From Paraphysomonas bandaiensis (lineage: Eukaryota; Protista; Chrysophyceae): a DNA stretch of 64,000 bases. Under the pieces are notes generated by a model. That model did not search any database, had not been told where the DNA came from, and saw only the letters and a list, made by a program, of their open reading frames with translations. Made by a program: the position numbers and the translations under genes. Positions 61,118-64,000 of the stretch are shown in pieces (position 1 is the stretch's first letter; every line of letters begins with the position of its first letter). Location of the stretch: positions 186,001-250,000 of the forward strand of contig CBFFRP010000410.1 in NCBI GenBank assembly GCA_965644295.1, written 5' to 3'.

Positions 61118-63399
61118 ATGAGCGGTGATGCAAAGGGTGTTCCCACTGCACGAGCTGTATCAATGCGTGAAGGATATAACCAAACATACATTATATTTCC
61201 TTCTGAAGGAGATGAGAAGGGTTCTCTTGATATGAATGAGGTCTTCTTTCGATGCGGTAACTGGTGCTATAAAGGCCCTATTGACTTCTCGGGAACTACA
61301 ATGGGAACAGCAGATCTTCCTATCATAATTCCAACTCTTCAACGACAGCAGAATTCTCTCCGTTATTATTGTAATGCTAACAGGTATATATTTATTGTTT
61401 GTGAGGATATGGTTGATGTTATGTACAGTATTTCGGTCCACTCTGATGTTTCTGGTCCATTTGATTTCGTTACTGAAGCATGTGAATTTATAGCTAAAGA
61501 AGTCACATCCGAACATGTAGACCGTGAATTGAAGAAATGGTCTTCTGTTTTTTCCTGGATTGACGATGACAATGCCTCGACGTATTTTGAACTTGCGATG
61601 GACCCACCACCTTTCATGAAAAAAGTATCCCTTGTTGCGAGTAAAACCTACTCCCGAGGGTTAATTATAATAGCGATATACTTTGAAGGTGTCTTGTATT
61701 TTGTGCTACAAGCGGGTGAAGGTGAGCAGCATTTATTGGACGTGCGTTTCCCAAACGTATCCAGCCACGGTCAGGGACTACATATTGCCAGCTACCCTGA
61801 AAACTTATCATTTTGGAAGAAGTTAACCCTCTGGCACACCCTAGCATCTAAAGTGAATGGAGGTGTTGATATTGAGCGGGATATACCTAAACTCAGTACA
61901 TCTAATCTCTCAAGTGACAAATATATCCAAACGTATTGCATCATGAAGAGTGAGCCGAATGATGCGACCGGCACACTTTCTGTCCACCACGAGGCGTTAT
62001 TCCGCTTCGGCAGCTGGTGCTATACTGGACGTGTGCAGCTGACACCCGTCATCAACCTCACTGATGTGCCCTACGTCATTCCTGCTCTCCGTATGCAACA
62101 GAGCCGCCTTAACTATTTTTGTGATGTTAACCGTATGCCAAACGCTTCGTACTTTACGAAACCGATGGAGCTCATTCAATCCCTCTCCCCCGTTATAGAA
62201 GAAGAGATATACAAGTCGGAGGAGACCTTACGTGCGCTTATCGATAGACTGAGTAGAATGGGCCTTGGAGAGTCTGTGACAAAATGGCTGGAAGGTGACT
62301 CGACTAACTCATTCTTCGAGTTCCGACTTGCACCAACTCCGGAGATGGAGAGGTACTACACACTCCGCATCATATTATCCTACATGCTTATTTTTTGTAC
62401 ATAATAGTTCTTATTTTTGTGTGATATTTGTTGCGTAGAGCTTTAAAACGGATGGAGTTAATTGCTTCAAAGTGCTACCATCCTTCAGGAATCATTACAA
62501 TTACGATTGTATTTCAGGTGCATTGATTTACATACTATAGTGCACTTTATTGATGTATGCATATCCCTCATTTGTTGTCGTGTTACATGTGAGCATATTA
62601 TCACCTCCTAACTTATCACATCTATACAGAAAGTTATCTACGTAACGGTAATGGAGGGTGGCGAGGAGAATCCACTACTGGACTCCCGTTTTCCGGATGT
62701 GTCTGCGAAAGGTCGGGGATATCAGTTACAGTCGTATCCTGAAGGGGTCGACAAGTGGCCATCACTGCGCCGTGTGACTATCTGGCAGACAGTGGCTGCT
62801 CTTGAACAAGAGTTTCGTGATCGTGCTGCTCGCCTCGCGGAGGCCAAGAAGACCATTGAGACTGGAGGTGGAGAGAGTTCTTCTGAGCAGATCAACCCTG
62901 AAGAAGCACCAGCCAGCAAAGCAGTGACTTCGACCCCTACAGGAGCAAAGGCAACGCTAACGCGTAACTGCCATTCTTTTGCGGACCGCATTGAAGATGC
63001 TGGGACAGTGTTTGACGACGAATTTGATATCGCTGAAGGAAAGAAGGTTTCAACTCCAAAATCCGCCGTCAAGGGCTCGACAGCCGATGTACCCAGGTCG
63101 AACTCTATGTCAGACTTTACTTCATCATCGAAGGCAGGGGTTGATCTTAAAGGGGAGTCTCCCGCGCAATCCCCAGTGAAAGGAGAGTCTTCGTCACCAG
63201 TTTCACGGTTTACTGTGGCCAGGCCTCATCACTTGCCTAAAATGGATTCACTTTCTAAAAAGTTGGATCAGATCAGAGCAGAAATGGGAGAAGAGGTAAA
63301 TGTCGTTAGAGTATACTATCTGTTTGTAATTGTATTTAGGGAGCACTGCCAAATTGGAATTCTTTTGGTAAGCCTTTAAAGAAGCTGGGAGAGAAGTAG
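61118..63399 (+). CDS. Uncharacterised protein with two tandem ~240-aa homologous domains and a disordered tail
   Basis: Long ORFs 61118-62404 and 62651-63379 linked by GT-AG introns; internal repeat motifs; last exon GALPNWNSFGKPLKKLGEK* ends at 63399. Confidence 0.8.
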
Positions 63400-64000
63400 T
63401 TTGACAAAGAATGTGATGCAGTGAGTATTACAAGATAGTATGTTGTGCGGCGTTGCGGCATTAGTGTGGGACGAGGGAATTTTTTCGATATGAACACATG
63501 TGTTATTGTGATATGATTCCTATGTGAAAACTAACTGTAGTTAGCTGGCGATGCTAATCAGAAAGGCTCAATAAAATATTGCAGCAATCCCATAGCCAGT
63601 AATAATCAAAATATTATTTTCTATCTGTTGAAATTTGTCACGAAAGTTTTGATGTGCTACTAGAGAATATTAAAATAGAGATTATTGTATGAATCTAAAA
63701 CTATGAATAATTGTGGTCGCAGAAATACGCACCACAGTGAGATTTATAGTTAGAAATCCATTAAGCGTGACATATTTGTAACGAAAGGTATATATATAAA
63801 CTTCGTACTACTATTCCGTACTATAGTGATATCGATTCTAATATACACAAGACACAAGTAAACTTTTCTCCAAGAGAACTTGAAATCTTGAATTATACAT
63901 TACTTAACACCGAAACATCATAATCAAACTTGGAATGAACACCGGATACACAACTACCAGCTACCGCTAATTGGAAAGAAAATTTTTTCATATATTGGCA

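Overview
Gene-dense eukaryotic nuclear DNA with many short (mostly ~45-60 nt) GT-AG introns. Gene content (hybrid histidine kinases, CDPK-like kinase, alveolate/stramenopile-type profilin, oomycete-like hAT remnants) suggests a stramenopile; this is inference. About 19 host genes are recognisable: APC11, FSH1-type hydrolase, EF-hand kinase, NF-YA, two hybrid His kinases, Faf1/DUF4602-like protein, ACSBG ligase, SPO11, cyclin T/K, Nup98-Nup96, CK2 beta, METTL21-type methyltransferase, TMEM184, C2HC zinc finger, Cdc25/ACR2 rhodanese, a membrane-anchored HECT E3, a two-domain profilin, and an unknown protein with a duplicated domain. Mobile DNA includes a three-level nest (a hAT derivative containing a second hAT derivative and a Copia with TATT...AATA LTR ends), other hAT remnants and MITEs, and a Mutator-type MITE. 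Best leads: (1) a tandem double profilin head-to-head with an unknown two-domain protein ending in a WH2-like tail; (2) a receptor-like signal peptide-PSI-TM-ZnF-HECT ligase; (3) (TATG/CATA)n arrays placed at divergent promoters; (4) a strongly self-complementary ~256-nt segment between the HECT and profilin genes. Gene models were spliced by eye and no database searches were run.
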